DNA of 63,166 bases, filler included, from Phoronis australis (Eukaryota; Animalia; Phoronida), in NCBI GenBank assembly GCA_002633005.1. It is 8 parts of 8 records of this genome, joined end to end, with 100 filler letters (N's around TTAATTAATTAA, not from the genome) between each part and the next. Parts side by side here need not be neighbours in the genome. Positions count along the whole stretch, not along the records: positions 24,938 to 42,728 come from NMRA01000239.1; 7 more parts are not named here. The stretch is one strand, 5' to 3'. The notes below the pieces were generated by a model that ran no database searches, was not told where the DNA came from, and worked only from the letters and a program-made list of their open reading frames with translations. Each line of letters begins with the position of its first letter. The first letter of the stretch is position 1. Both the position numbers and the translations under genes were made by a program. Positions 25,828 to 39,200 of this stretch are shown here, piece after piece.

Positions 25828-28800
25828 CAAACTGTATTGGAATGACCAACAGACCCAAAAGTTAGAGACTTCGCACTTGGATGGTTCTCAGAGGCAAACT
25901 TTGCTGGATGAAGGTCTAAAATGGCCCAACCAGATGGCGTTTGACTATTCATTGAGGTACGTACCTGGATAAAAAATGAGTAATAAATTTGTTTCAGGTA
26001 CATTGTTCGTAAAGTTTCCATCCAAAACTAATAAAATGTGTTTTGAAAAGGAAAAGTTGCAATTGTCATTAGGCTGTCCAATACCATCTGAAGTTACAGC
26101 ATGAGCAAACACTAGGTCATAAATACCGGTATGGGTACTAGAACACCTGACATAAATACAGCTCGGGTCTAGGTACCATAACATCTGACATAAATACAGC
26201 TTGTGTAGGTACCAGAACACCTGACATAAATACAGCTGGTCTAGGTATCAGAACACCTGACGTAAATACATCTGGTATAGGTACTAGAACATCTGACATA
26301 AATACAGCTGGTATAGGTACCAGAACACCTGACATAAATCGACAGCTTGTATAGGTACCAGAACACCTGACATAAATCGACAGCTTTTATAGGTACCAGA
26401 ACACCTGACATAAATACAGCTGGTATACGGGTACAAGAATACCTGACATAAATATAGCTGGTACATGTACCAGAACACCTGACATAAATACAGCTGGTAT
26501 AAGTACCAGAATACCAGAACACCTGACATAAATACAGCTGGTATAGGTATCAGAACACCTGACATAAATACATCTGGTATAGGTACTAGAACATCTGACA
26601 TAAATACAGCTGGTATAGGTACCAGAACACCTGACATAAATCGACAGCTTGTATAGGTACCAGAACACCTGACATAAATCGACAGCTTTTATAGGTACCA
26701 GAACACCTGACATAAATACAGCTGGTATACGGGTACAAGAATACCTGACATAAATATAGCTGGTACATGTACCAGAACACCTGACATAAATACAGCTGGT
26801 ATAAGTACCAGAATACCAGAACACCTGACATAAATACAGCTGGTATAGGTATCAGAACACCTGACATAAATACATCTGGTATAGGTACTAGAACATCTGA
26901 CATAAATACAGCTGGTATAGGTACCAGAACACCTGACATAAATCGACAGCTTGTATAGGTACCAGAACACCTGACATAAATCGACAGCTTGTATAGGTAC
27001 CAGAACACCTGACATAAATACAGCTGGTATACGGGTACAAGAATACCTGATATAAATATAGCTGGTATACGTACCAGAACACCTGACATAAGTACAGCTG
27101 GTATAGGTACCAGAACACCTGACATAAATACAGCTGGTCTAGGTACCAGAACACCTGACATAAATACAGCTGGTATAGGCACCAGAATACCAGAACACCT
27201 GACATAAATACAGCCGATATAGGTACCAGAATACCAGAACACTTGACATAAATGCAGCTGGTATAGGTACCAGAACACCTGACATAAATCGCCAGCTTGT
27301 ATAGGTACCAGAACACCTGACATAAATCGACAGCTTGTATAGGTACCAGAACACCTGACATAAATACAACTGGTATAGGTACCAGAACACCTGACACAAA
27401 TACAGCTGGTATAGGTACCAGAACACCTGACATAAATACATCTGGTATAGGTACTAGAACATCTGACATAAATACAGCTGGTATAGGTACCAGAACATCT
27501 GACATAAATCAACAGCTTGTATAGGTAACAGAACACCTGACAAAAATTGACAGCTTGTATAGGTACTAGAACACCTGACATAAATACAGCTGGTATAGGT
27601 ACCAGAACACCTGACATAAATACAGCTGGTCTACTAAAGTAGGTACCAGAACACCTGACATAAATACAGCTGGTATAGGTGCCAGAACACCTGACATAAA
27701 TACAGCTGGTATAGGTACCAGAACACCTGACATAAATACAGCTGGTATAGGTACCAGAATACCAGAACACCTGACCTAAACACAGTCGGTGTAGGTACCA
27801 GAACACCTGACAAAAATACCGGCAGTATAGGTACCAGAGCACCTGACAATTCAGTGTGGAGTAATGGTACTAGGCTTTTGCAGTCGAATAGAAAAACTTA
27901 AATTGAACGATTTACCTCTGCTTGACCCAGTTTAAAATTCAGGTCAGGACAGATTGAGGTAACAAAGACGAAACACAATGTGTCTCTCTTTTCATCGTTC
28001 AATAATTATGATTTGATGGCATGGTATTGGCAAAGAATTAAGAAAATGCTATGAGTGAAAAAATATTTGTCTAAGTTACATGTAAACTTAGTGTTTCCAC
28101 ACAAAATACTCTATTGCCATTCATAGACACAGCCAAATCAAATCTTTTGCTATGGATATTTTCAAGTTCATGAGATCCCATCCTAATTATGCAGCCACAT
28201 ATTTATATGTAGGCAGATCATGTTATTATAACTGTCAGGCGTTTTTAACAAAATGAGATTTTGACAATTAAATGCTTTTTAATTTCATAGTGCTTATTAA
28301 TTATAGATACCAAGCCAGAGTTTCAAACTGTCTGTTGTGTAGAAACTTTTGTTTTCCTTTACTCATATATCTGTCTTGGCTCAGTTAAGATATTCTACCT
28401 TTTCTTAGGAAATTGAGACGGGTAGATTTGCTGGGAATCGGGTTGATAAATGCTTGTGTCAAGTTTGTAATATGAGTTTTCACTTTCCTTTTGTTTATTG
28501 TAAGTAAATATGAACATTTAAAAAGAAAATTCCCTAGCAAAGCTACCTTGCGAATATGTTTAATTGTCATTTAAAAGTATTAAAAAATTGTCAGAGAAAA
28601 ACTCACTGTAGAAATAAATAAATAATTGATACTTATAAGTAAAATTATATTGGCTACCTTACTGAAAAGGTGACATATTAGCTTGTCTTGTAGTTTTTAT
28701 TTAGTTTCATACCACGTATGTCTTGAAATGCCCGTTCAATAACAATGTCATGTGTCCGTGGAATAATCTAGAAGCTTATTGTACAGTAACGTGACACAGT

Positions 28801-31800
28801 TACTGCACGGAGTTGGCGAAAGATGTGGATTGGAACATTAACATGTGATATGAATAATGTTAAACTACACACATTTTGTGAAGGCCTCGTGAAAATATTT
28901 ACTTGGTACAGCAACCTCGCGCAGTGCACTAATAGTTATAAACATTATATATCTATGCTTACTCTTAAATTCATATCACTAATGAACAAACAGATAAATA
29001 TTCCATTGTGTTGTGCATTGCAGCCGTCTATACTTTGTTGACGGATGGAATAAGACTATCAACTCGATAGCATCAGATGGTTCAGACCCACGTACTGATC
29101 TTCAGATGACCGAGTTGTCCGCGAACCCACTGTTTGGACTAGCAGTAACTAGAGACCGATACTTTGTCAGTATCTGGCACAAAGGTGTATCTGCTGTCAA
29201 TCGAACAGCCAGCTCCGCCCCTTTTACTGTTGCCATTGGAGGTGATACAGTGTTTGGTCTGGCTACAGATAATGTCCGTGCACAACCATCAGGTAAGCAA
29301 ATTAGATAAAGTTTGAATAAAACACTCCTTTTGAAAATTCAGTGATTGTTGAACTCCTACCCAGTCCTCCTCTTGTCATGTTTTGGAGTTTGGAAACAGT
29401 TGTCAGACTTTGGAGTGTGAAAACGGTTATCATGGTTCATACTTTCTAGAGACTTTCTCCATCTTGATTGTGAGTCCATTCTATATTCTACTGTGACATC
29501 ATTCTCACTAATTATAGTGAAAAGGGAATGCTATCATTTATTTGTATAACCATTTGCATGTCCAACAACAGAGACATTTCATTAATAACAGTTAAATTGA
29601 TCTTTTGAATGTCATCACTTTACTACAGATCATCATTGCCCGTTTATTTTGTAGGCACCTCTGTATGTACTGCAAACCCATGCTCCCATCTGTGCTTGCC
29701 AGCCTCTGGTTCGTCGTATGTGTGTAAATGCCCCAGCTATTCTGGACTGGCTCTGTCATCAGACAGCCGCACTTGTAAAGGTAAAAGGACTGGTAGTTTA
29801 TGGGAAATGGGCGACGCGTGAAGTTATGCAGTTATTTTATAGGTTAGCCTCAGTTGCGTGGTACAATCTAAAAGTATGCGGAAAAAATGACCCGGAATTT
29901 CCCGTCATAACGACTGAGCGGAAGCTGAATTCATCATCAGAGTAGTCTTCCTTCATGAACGAGAATGAAAAAGAATTAGCTGAATAGTTAGTAAAGGTGG
30001 CCAAGCCATTTTGTAATTAGAGTTTTGCCGTCCCTGTAATTATTAGCAGTCATTTTTTTATGCGCCCACATATTTATATGTGGACACATTATGCCGTCAT
30101 CTCCGTCCGTCCGTCCGGGCGGCATCCGTCCGGCATCCGGCGTCCGCTGCTCTAACTCCAAAACCGTTTGACGTATGTTCATGAAATTTTGCACGTGTTC
30201 CTTTCATGGATGGGACGGCATGAGCGAACTTTCGGACGGATTCAACTACTGGTCTACTCCCTAGTGGCAATTTTAGTTTTTTACGCTTACCTCTATATCT
30301 TCAAAGGTCTTGTGCGTATCTACATAAAATTTGGCATGTAGGCATCTATTAGTGGGATGACGCTATGCACCCGTTTTCGGATAGATTCAACGTAATTTGC
30401 GCCACCTAGTGGCCATTTTTATTGTTTTCGAGTATGTTTTTAGACGTCCACCCCTCTATCAACCAAACCGCTCTAAGGATGATTGTGGAAATTGGCATGT
30501 ATGTTCTTACTATGAAGAGGATGGCTGATGATGATTTTCTGACGATTTCGAGGAAGGTGGCGCCTCCTAGTGGCAGTTTTGTTTTTTTGTGCCTATGGCC
30601 GCTGTATCTCCTTAACCGTCTTTAGGATCTTTACTAATTTTAGTAAGTGCATTTATATGATGTTGACAAAGGACGACAACGACTTTCGGATGGATTTGAT
30701 TACTGGTCTGCCCCCCTGGTGGCAATTTTATTTTTTATGTTAACCTCTGTATCTTCAAAGGTCCTTAACGTATTTTCAAAAAACGTGGTGTACAGGCTTC
30801 TGTTAGTGTGGTGACACTTTCAGATGGATTCGACTTATTTGGCATGTATGTTTTTACTATGAAGTGGACAGCTGATGATGATTTTCCGATGGCTTCAGCT
30901 ACTGTGGCGCCTCCTAGTGGCAGTTTTGTTTTTTTGAGCCCATGGCTGTATCTCTTAAACCGTTTGCAGGATCTTTACTAAATTTAACAAGTGTATTTAT
31001 ATGATGTTGACAAAGAATAACGACGAGTTTTGGATGGATCTAACTACTGGTGTGCCCCCTTGTGGCAATTTTAGATTATACGTTTACCTCTGTATCTTCA
31101 AGGGTCCTTAACGGATTTTCATAAAATTTTGAATACAGGCATCTGTTGGTGAGATGACGCTATCATCCTGTTTTTGGATGGAATCGAGGTATTTTGCTTC
31201 ACCTAGTGGCCATTTTTGTTGTTTTCTAGTCTGTTTTTTTGGCGTCTACCCCTCTATCAACCAAATAATTTTAAGGATGTTCTTGAAAATTGGCATTTAT
31301 GTTCTCTGTGTGAAGAGGATGGTTGACGATGATGACTTTGACTATTGTGGCACCTCCAATGGTAGTTTTGTTGTTTTGCACCCATTGCTGTATCTCCTAA
31401 ACCCACTGCTGGGTCTTTATTAAATTTAGTATTTATATGAAGCTAGCAACAGACAATGAGGACTTTCAGGTGGATGCAATGAACACTTTGCCCCCTAGTA
31501 GCAGTTTTCATTTTATTCTGTTTTCCTTTGTTTTCTGAAGTTCCGTGACAGATTTCTATGAAATTTGGTGAATAGCTTTCTATTAAAGAAGCTATGACAT
31601 TTTCCCATTTTCGGATGGATTGTACGTTTTTATGCCATCTAGTGGCCATTTTTATGACCAATAAACAACCCTAAAAGCACACCGTTTGCGATGCATTCGT
31701 GGGCGCATTTCAACGCTCCGCGTTGCTCTTGTTTGCAGTTTACAGAATTAGTCATCAGGACGAGAAAATAGTATTTTGTCTGATTACTTTCGTCTTGTAC

Positions 31801-34800
31801 TGTTCCAAAAATTAAGAGATTGATATCAATAGTAAAAAAATAGTGCAGATGGTCTGATACATGTTACAGCCCGCTCTGAGTCAGGCCTGTTGCATCAAAC
31901 ACCTGAAACCATTTTTTATTCATTATTAAACACACATAGCACACACATACACATATACACAAATTAGGACTTAGCTGGGGAGCTAAAGACCTGACTCCAT
32001 GGTCCAGCAGTGAGATTTGAACCTACGACCCTCTGAGCTAGAGGCAGGCACTCAACCCACTAAGCCACACTACCTCTTCCATTTTAAAAGTAAGCCTACA
32101 CTTGCCACAAGAGTCCAAAATATGTAATGCTAGATGTATGTAACATTACAGGTGAATGAGGCACATAGTTTAAACTTTTTATGATGAATTAAAACGTCAG
32201 AAACATTTGGAAGTATTTGATTTCTGACTGAATTACTATGTTGTATAATTCACTTTTTTTCCACAGTGCCAGATGAGTTCCTATTGGCTGCTTTTCCTGA
32301 TGCAGGAATTGTGGGATTCATGTCCGAAGGGGGCGGTGCCCTTCATTACGTAGGCCGTAGTCCCAGGCCAGTGGCAGTGGCTTATGACTGCATCAATAAG
32401 GTTTGTGGCTGTACATTTGCTACAGGTATTATGTGTACAGAAATCATCTCTCTGTCAATGATGTTTCTCGCAGAATTTATCTAAACCATGATTGTGTACA
32501 TTTTATAAGTTGCATGTCAACAGAACTTCTCTGGCTTAAATTGATTTGTCGCACATTGCCGAAATCCTATATCCAGGTTTCTACTTGATATTTCAAAAAA
32601 CCTCTGGACATCTGTTGATGAAATTCAGGCACTTTCTAGAGTGGTGCATGCCATTTTTCAATGTGCTGGGCCCCCCCCCAGGATAAGAAGACGGGGGCTT
32701 TTTGGTATTTTTGGTTAAGAGCATTTCCGTATTGTATCTAGAGAACCGATGGACAGATTTCAATGAAATGTGATGCAGAGTTATTATTTGATGACACCAA
32801 TGTGTTATCGGGTGAATTGGACTACTGTAGCGACCCCCTAGTGGCTGATTCATCTTGGCTAGGGGCTTTTTCAGCCATATATTTTGGGGAAGAGCATTTA
32901 TGGATGATATCTTGAGATTCAATTGATGGATTTCATTGAAACTTGACTCGTAAGTTTGTGATTACAGTGTACCGGCAGCAGTCGATTTTTGATGATGAGT
33001 ATAGATTATGAATCCTTTAAGGCCTGTGTTAAGCCATGGTTTCTACAACTGGAAGATATTTTCAATTTATTGTCTTATTTTGCCCTAACATGACTGTCTT
33101 CGATTGCGACACTTCATTGATCACACTGTGCTGGTCTGATTATGCCCCAGCATGCAAAGTTAATACGATCTGTGGGATGCCTAGACCTGGTTGCAGATAA
33201 AAATTGGAAGTGCAGTCTTCAGAATTTTAAAGTGATAAACAAAAATTTGGTAAAACTTGGAATCAGCGTTTGCGGTACATTTTTATGTCATCTCGTATTT
33301 CTAACATGCCTGATAACGTTACTATAATAACTGTTACCACTGTGGTCATTACAGCTAGTGTACTGGAGTGATGTTATGCAGGCCAACATTCACAGAGCAA
33401 AGTTAGATGGAAGTCAACATGAGATTTTCCTCAATTCGTCTGATTCTATCGGTGTTGTTGATGGTAGGGTTCACTATTTGATGAGCTTTGATTCAAACAC
33501 AGGATGTCAGAGTCACTGATTTTTTGGATATATTTATTTAGAAAAAGTGTGTGGATCTTGAAAGGTGGGAAAATTCCATATTTGCTGTTGCCAAAATGGC
33601 AGCTATAAATATTCACTAAACAATGAAATTGGCAGTAATTTTATTTCTGCCATGCGACATGTTGTTTGGAGATAACTGGAACTTGCAGTAACGATCAAAC
33701 TTTTCTCAAAACGCAAGCTGATTCCTGTTGTCAGATTGTGTTTCATTCGGGGAGGGCTTGAAACTAATTGGCTCGCAAACCTGTGCGGTTTATTTAAAAA
33801 GCATATTCTCAATCATTTGGCCTTGAATAGATTTGATCTTTTCAATTAGTGACTTAGATCAGTTTGGTTTTAAAAGCAACGCTAGCTCATTTGCATGCTT
33901 CAATGAATTTTGTTACATGTGATTCAAATACTTTGTGTGTGAAAACTGTTGTCTGCTCACGAGTGTCCTGACACCAGTGTGCCGAGATGCCGAAAAAATC
34001 ATGTAGTTTTAAATGGTGTCAGACGCTACAAACCCTTATATTAACCTGTTGTAAACCAAACCAAAGGATGTGAAGACAGTAAGGGAAAATATGAAATGAA
34101 AAATATTATTTCTTGCCTCAATGGCTGAATGAGTACAAGTGGTTTCGGTTTGTCAACGTCCAGTGAGTAATTGGTTCAGTTACAAGTAAATTTTATTCCT
34201 ACTTGTCTGACTGGACAAATCAGCCGCATGTTACAATCATCGTTAAAGCTTGTGATTTTCACATCCATGTGATTTCAAATCTTGTGTTTTTTAGGTATGG
34301 TTTTCGACGCCCAAAATGGCCGTTTGTACTTCAGCAACATGGGGTTCGTTGTTTTACAAAATGTGGCTTATACTTGGCATAGAATAGAGATGATTGGTCG
34401 TGACAAAAATGGTCGCAAAGTGGTAGTGGCGGACACAGAACGACCTCGAGGACTAGATCTGGATGAAGTCAATGGGTAAGGTGCAGGTGTTTAGGGTTTG
34501 CAGGTTGCCTTTGTATATTGTTTCAGATTCATAATTGGCATAGCACTTTTCAATTTTGCCCCGCCTTTAGGGTCAGATTGGTTGGACTTTTCAATCTTTT
34601 TGGGGGGGTGAGCCTTTCTGTATTGGACTACTGTAGCACCCCTACTGGCCGTTTTGGTCTCGACAAAGGGGTTTTCTGTGCTTTTTGGGGAAATAGTATT
34701 TTCAGACGATGTCTGGAGAATCAAGTGACAGATTTCAATGAATCATGACATGGAGGTATGTGATAAAAATGTGCTGGCACTAGTTGAATTTCGGGTGGAT

Positions 34801-36254
34801 GCGACTACTGCAACTTTCCCTGGTGGCCATTAAGTCTTTAGTCTAGGTAAAATATAACAAAGATATTGACAGTCAAACATTATATCCAGGTTTTTGGGAG
34901 GCTTATTACTATTTGTTATAACCATGCTTGACTGCTTTTGGTAGAGATAAACCTGCCTTCTAGTATTAAAATTCAAACTTTTCATTTAATCATCTTCTAA
35001 GTCATAAATTGGTCTCAAATTGTTACTTACTCAGATTAGAAGTGATTTTCCTTAAAATAGAAGTTGTTGGACATCAAAAAGTGTAAAAATCTGAGCTGCC
35101 TGCTACGCTGGTTTTTGGCCCCGCACACCTAATCCTAACCAAAAAATATGCAATACACAAGTTACATGGCTATTGTCGATGTTTGTGGATTGATATTAAC
35201 GGAAGTTTCGTCATACAAGTTAGCTTAAATCAGGTCAAAATAGATTAAAATATTTTTTTTCACGTACCTAGAGCCAGAGAATTCAGTTTTAACAAGTAGA
35301 CAGTCTGAAGCCCTATCCTGACGTGTCTGCTTCCTAACACAACTTTAATTGGTGACTGAAACAAGTTAGAAAGATACAAAACTCTTCATATTACTGAGAT
35401 AACGAAATGACACGTCATTGCGGCACCGGGCTCCGCATCCGCCACGACCATTCACCACATTGCTCCTTTTGATATCCAGGGGAAACATTGACATGGGTAA
35501 TGTTATTTGCTGAACTTGGCTTTAACCTGCCAGCTCTTTCCAAGCCCAGAATTCTGTTCTAAACTAAGAAACAAGTTGAGACCAGTTTCATGATGGTAAC
35601 AGGTCTAAATTGACAGACGGTGTACTCACAGCAGCTGTAGTGAATTTTATACGTTATGATTGAATTCATTCTGATTAAAAGTGTTCCCTTCGTGTCTGTG
35701 TTGATGTGGTCTTACACTGGTGTTATATTCTGTAGTTATCTCTACTATACTGACTGGGGTACAGAGGCACGTGTTGTTCGCGTTGACCTGGATGGCTCCA
35801 ACCCAAAGGTCATGCTTCAAGGTCTCAGTAATCCCAATGGAGTTGCTGTTGGCTACGACGGATACGTGCATGTGGTTGACTCTAACTTCGACAATGCTTC
35901 AAAAAATGCCACCCTGTATAAGGTATCAAAGGAGGGGCAGTTGATTTCTACGAAGACAGATCCAAAACTCAAAGTAAGTCAACTTCTGTGAGTGTTCATT
36001 TGATTATTTTACCCAAGCTCTTTCAGGTACCGTGGCAATTTGTTAATTTGGACACGATATTGCATGCCAGCTCTTGCTGCCTGGGCAAATTTCCCCCCAA
36101 TTCTTTAATTATGTGGAGGGTAACCTCATTTTGCGCTGAGCACTGGTTTTCGTCAGCTCCCCTCTACACATTCTTATTGTCATTATCACCACCATCTTTA
36201 CTATCATCACCACCATCTTTACTATCATCACCACCATCATCATCATCGTCATTC

Positions 36255-36286
<32 letters not shown>

Positions 36287-39200
36287 GTCATCAGTCTGGA
36301 TTTAATAAAATATAAAGTGAGAAATACACTTGACCTGTAAATTAATACCATTACAGGCATAACTCCCATGATGGTTTCGCACAAGACTGAGCCCAAACGA
36401 GAAATGATTAATAATTCTAGTTGAATTCTGTGCATAACATCTAATGTGGAATGCAGCTACTCAGTCTAGTGAAACATTAACTTATTTCTATTAATCTGTG
36501 TTGTGTCTTTAGGTGCCATATGGTATCTCCTACCGTGGGCTGGATGATGCAGGAACTGTGATCGTCTCAGATTGGTCCACGGGGACAATAATAGAATATC
36601 CTACCCACTTTATGATAGCTGATTTAAATGGATTTGGAGGGATCGCAGCTGTTCTTGTTGTTAACAATGTGTCGGCCGCCGAGTCATCAGGTGAGTGCAT
36701 GATTTTCTTTATGATTGTGCAGAACAAGACAAATTACTATTTCCCCGTTATGACATCTTATTGTGCTAACCGAAAAAACGACTGGTAATAACTATTCGGG
36801 CCAGCCCTCAAAATTTTAATTATGGAATGACTTAGTACTTGAATTATACTGTTAATTCCCGTTCATTCTCGGTTTTGAAGGAAAACTAGTCTGACGATGA
36901 ATTTAGCTTCTGCGTCTGAATACTTTTGCCTTGTACTGTATCTCTGGGTCTGTGTGTGAATACTTTTGCCTTGTACTGTATCTCTGGGTCAGCAACCTTG
37001 ACTTACAATTCAAAAATAGTTCATAGTTCAACAAAGTTGAAAGTGAAACAATAAGCAGCGATGTAACAAAATACTGCTTCATGTATTTTGTTACGAGTGT
37101 TTGGAAATTTTATATAAGGTTTAAAGATTATAGGTCTTAGTGCCTTGTTTCAAATCATATTGTTTTAATCGGTAGTGAATAGTCAGTGATGAAGCATTTT
37201 GGGCTTGAAGGGGGCAATTAGTCCTCATTGGCATAAAAGTTTGGACTGTTGCAAATTGTGGGTGTCTTAACACGCAACAGGCCTTTTGAAAGTAGTTCTT
37301 TGTGAACCCTGCTCTTAGTCACACGACTGTCCCTGTTGGACTTATAACGTGTAACTGAATTAATGCATCTTATAAGGGCCGGGTTAATGGTCCTGGCTGA
37401 CAAGATCATTTATTTGATCACCTCCATACATGGACGAGCTAGGAATGGGAGAAGGCAATGTTTACACTGCTGTCATCATAGTATCAGGTATATTGTCTTA
37501 TTTATCAGTAGGTGTATCACCTTTAGTATTACTTTTATAGCCAACAATAGATGTGCTGGGTCTAGCTGTGATGACATCTGCATACCTGAACCATCCGGTG
37601 CTAGTCCATCGTATTCCTGTGCCTGTGATAGTTACAGTGCTGATATTCAGGGTATCCTCCGCAAATCGAGTCAGTGCTCAGGTGAGTGCGAAGGTTTTCC
37701 AGCACATCTGACACATCTTTAGTTTGACATGTTATGTTTTCTGTCGGACTTCGGACGAACTGTTCCTAATTCTGATGCACTTTGTACCAGAATTATTTGG
37801 CAATGAGAACTTTTATTGGGATGAAGTAGTTATGTTGTTTAAGCTAATTGTGTTCATTTTGCAACGTTGCTAATTTGTGTTAGTCAGAATAGACAGATGG
37901 ATGGAATTTCAGTTAATTGCTAGGCGGAAAATTGTTGAAGATTTTGAGATTTTTGAGGAAGTTTTGCCAGTGAGAATCAAAATGAATTAATTTTGTTATG
38001 ACGGAACTTTGCTAAAAACATTATTATGTCCAATCAGTTTTGAAAACTTGTGTGTGTGTGTGTGTGTGTGCGTGGGCGCGAGCGCACACGCGCGCATATC
38101 ATAAATTGAGAACTGCTATTCCAAGAGTTCGAAAGTTATCTTTGTCCGTAAAACAGTGATTAATGTGGATGAAATAAAAGACCTAACTGCTATGTTGTTA
38201 CTAATCTAGATTTGTTGTCAGTCAACTATGTTGAGAGTAGTTTGTAAACACAGGCTGCAGATGTCAGTGGAGGCCCCTGGAGGAGATCTGTGTAACTGCA
38301 TGTGCTCATTACTCTGTACGTAATGTTTTCTTATTCTAGTGACCGACAAGTTCCTCATGTTTGCGGACATGAACGCCATCAAGATGGTGAGCTTGGATTC
38401 CATGCAGGATCACACTGCCTATTCTGTTGTCGAGGGCAACAGCTTCCTGTCCAACTTTGTGGGTCTGGCTCACGACCCCTCAAGTAACATGATATACTTC
38501 AGCGATGTCAACGAGTAAGGATGAAATACCACTTTAAGAATGTCGCATATTTGAAGTTGTGGAGAATCAGAGCTTTGTTAAGTTCTTGTGGCTATAATTA
38601 ATAGCACGCATGTTTGGTCTTGTACCGCATTGTTCTTTTGTTTTAGTTTTAGTTTTGTCCTTGACACTGAACAAAAGTATGTTTGAAGATATGGAACTCA
38701 TGCATTGATGTTGACTTTTAAGTGTTTTTTTACTGTTGTCTGTTTCTATGATTGTGCAGATGCTCAAAGAATTAAACCCAGATCCCAAGGCCTACTCCAT
38801 CAGCTAGAGTGCAGTGAACTTAGAGTTTTAGTTCAATGTGTTTGAAGGAATCGCCGTTATGTATTTGGGGAGGCTAGGCCAGTGCACTGTAGAATACCAT
38901 GATTACATTTTTCAGCTACACGATTTATCGGGCCAATGTGGATGGAAGCAACCGTGAAGTGTTTTACAAACTAGGTCAGGTTGTTGATGGCCTGACGGTT
39001 GCAGACGGACGTCTTTTCTGGACCAGTGCTGAGGATGGACTGATAGCATCTGTGGCGCTCTCTGGTGATAACTCCACATATCAGGTGGTGGTGAGTGGAC
39101 TAGACCGTCCACGTGCCATTGCTGCGAGTTCTGGGAGCAAGTAAGCCCGCATGCTGCATGGTCATGTGATGTGCATGGTAGGCAAACAAATGAACTTCTT

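Noticed and set aside
26138-27849. Long repetitive ORFs (up to 418 aa) and CRISPR-like regularity
   Set aside because: Translations of a 36-bp minisatellite in an intron; no unique spacers and no cas genes
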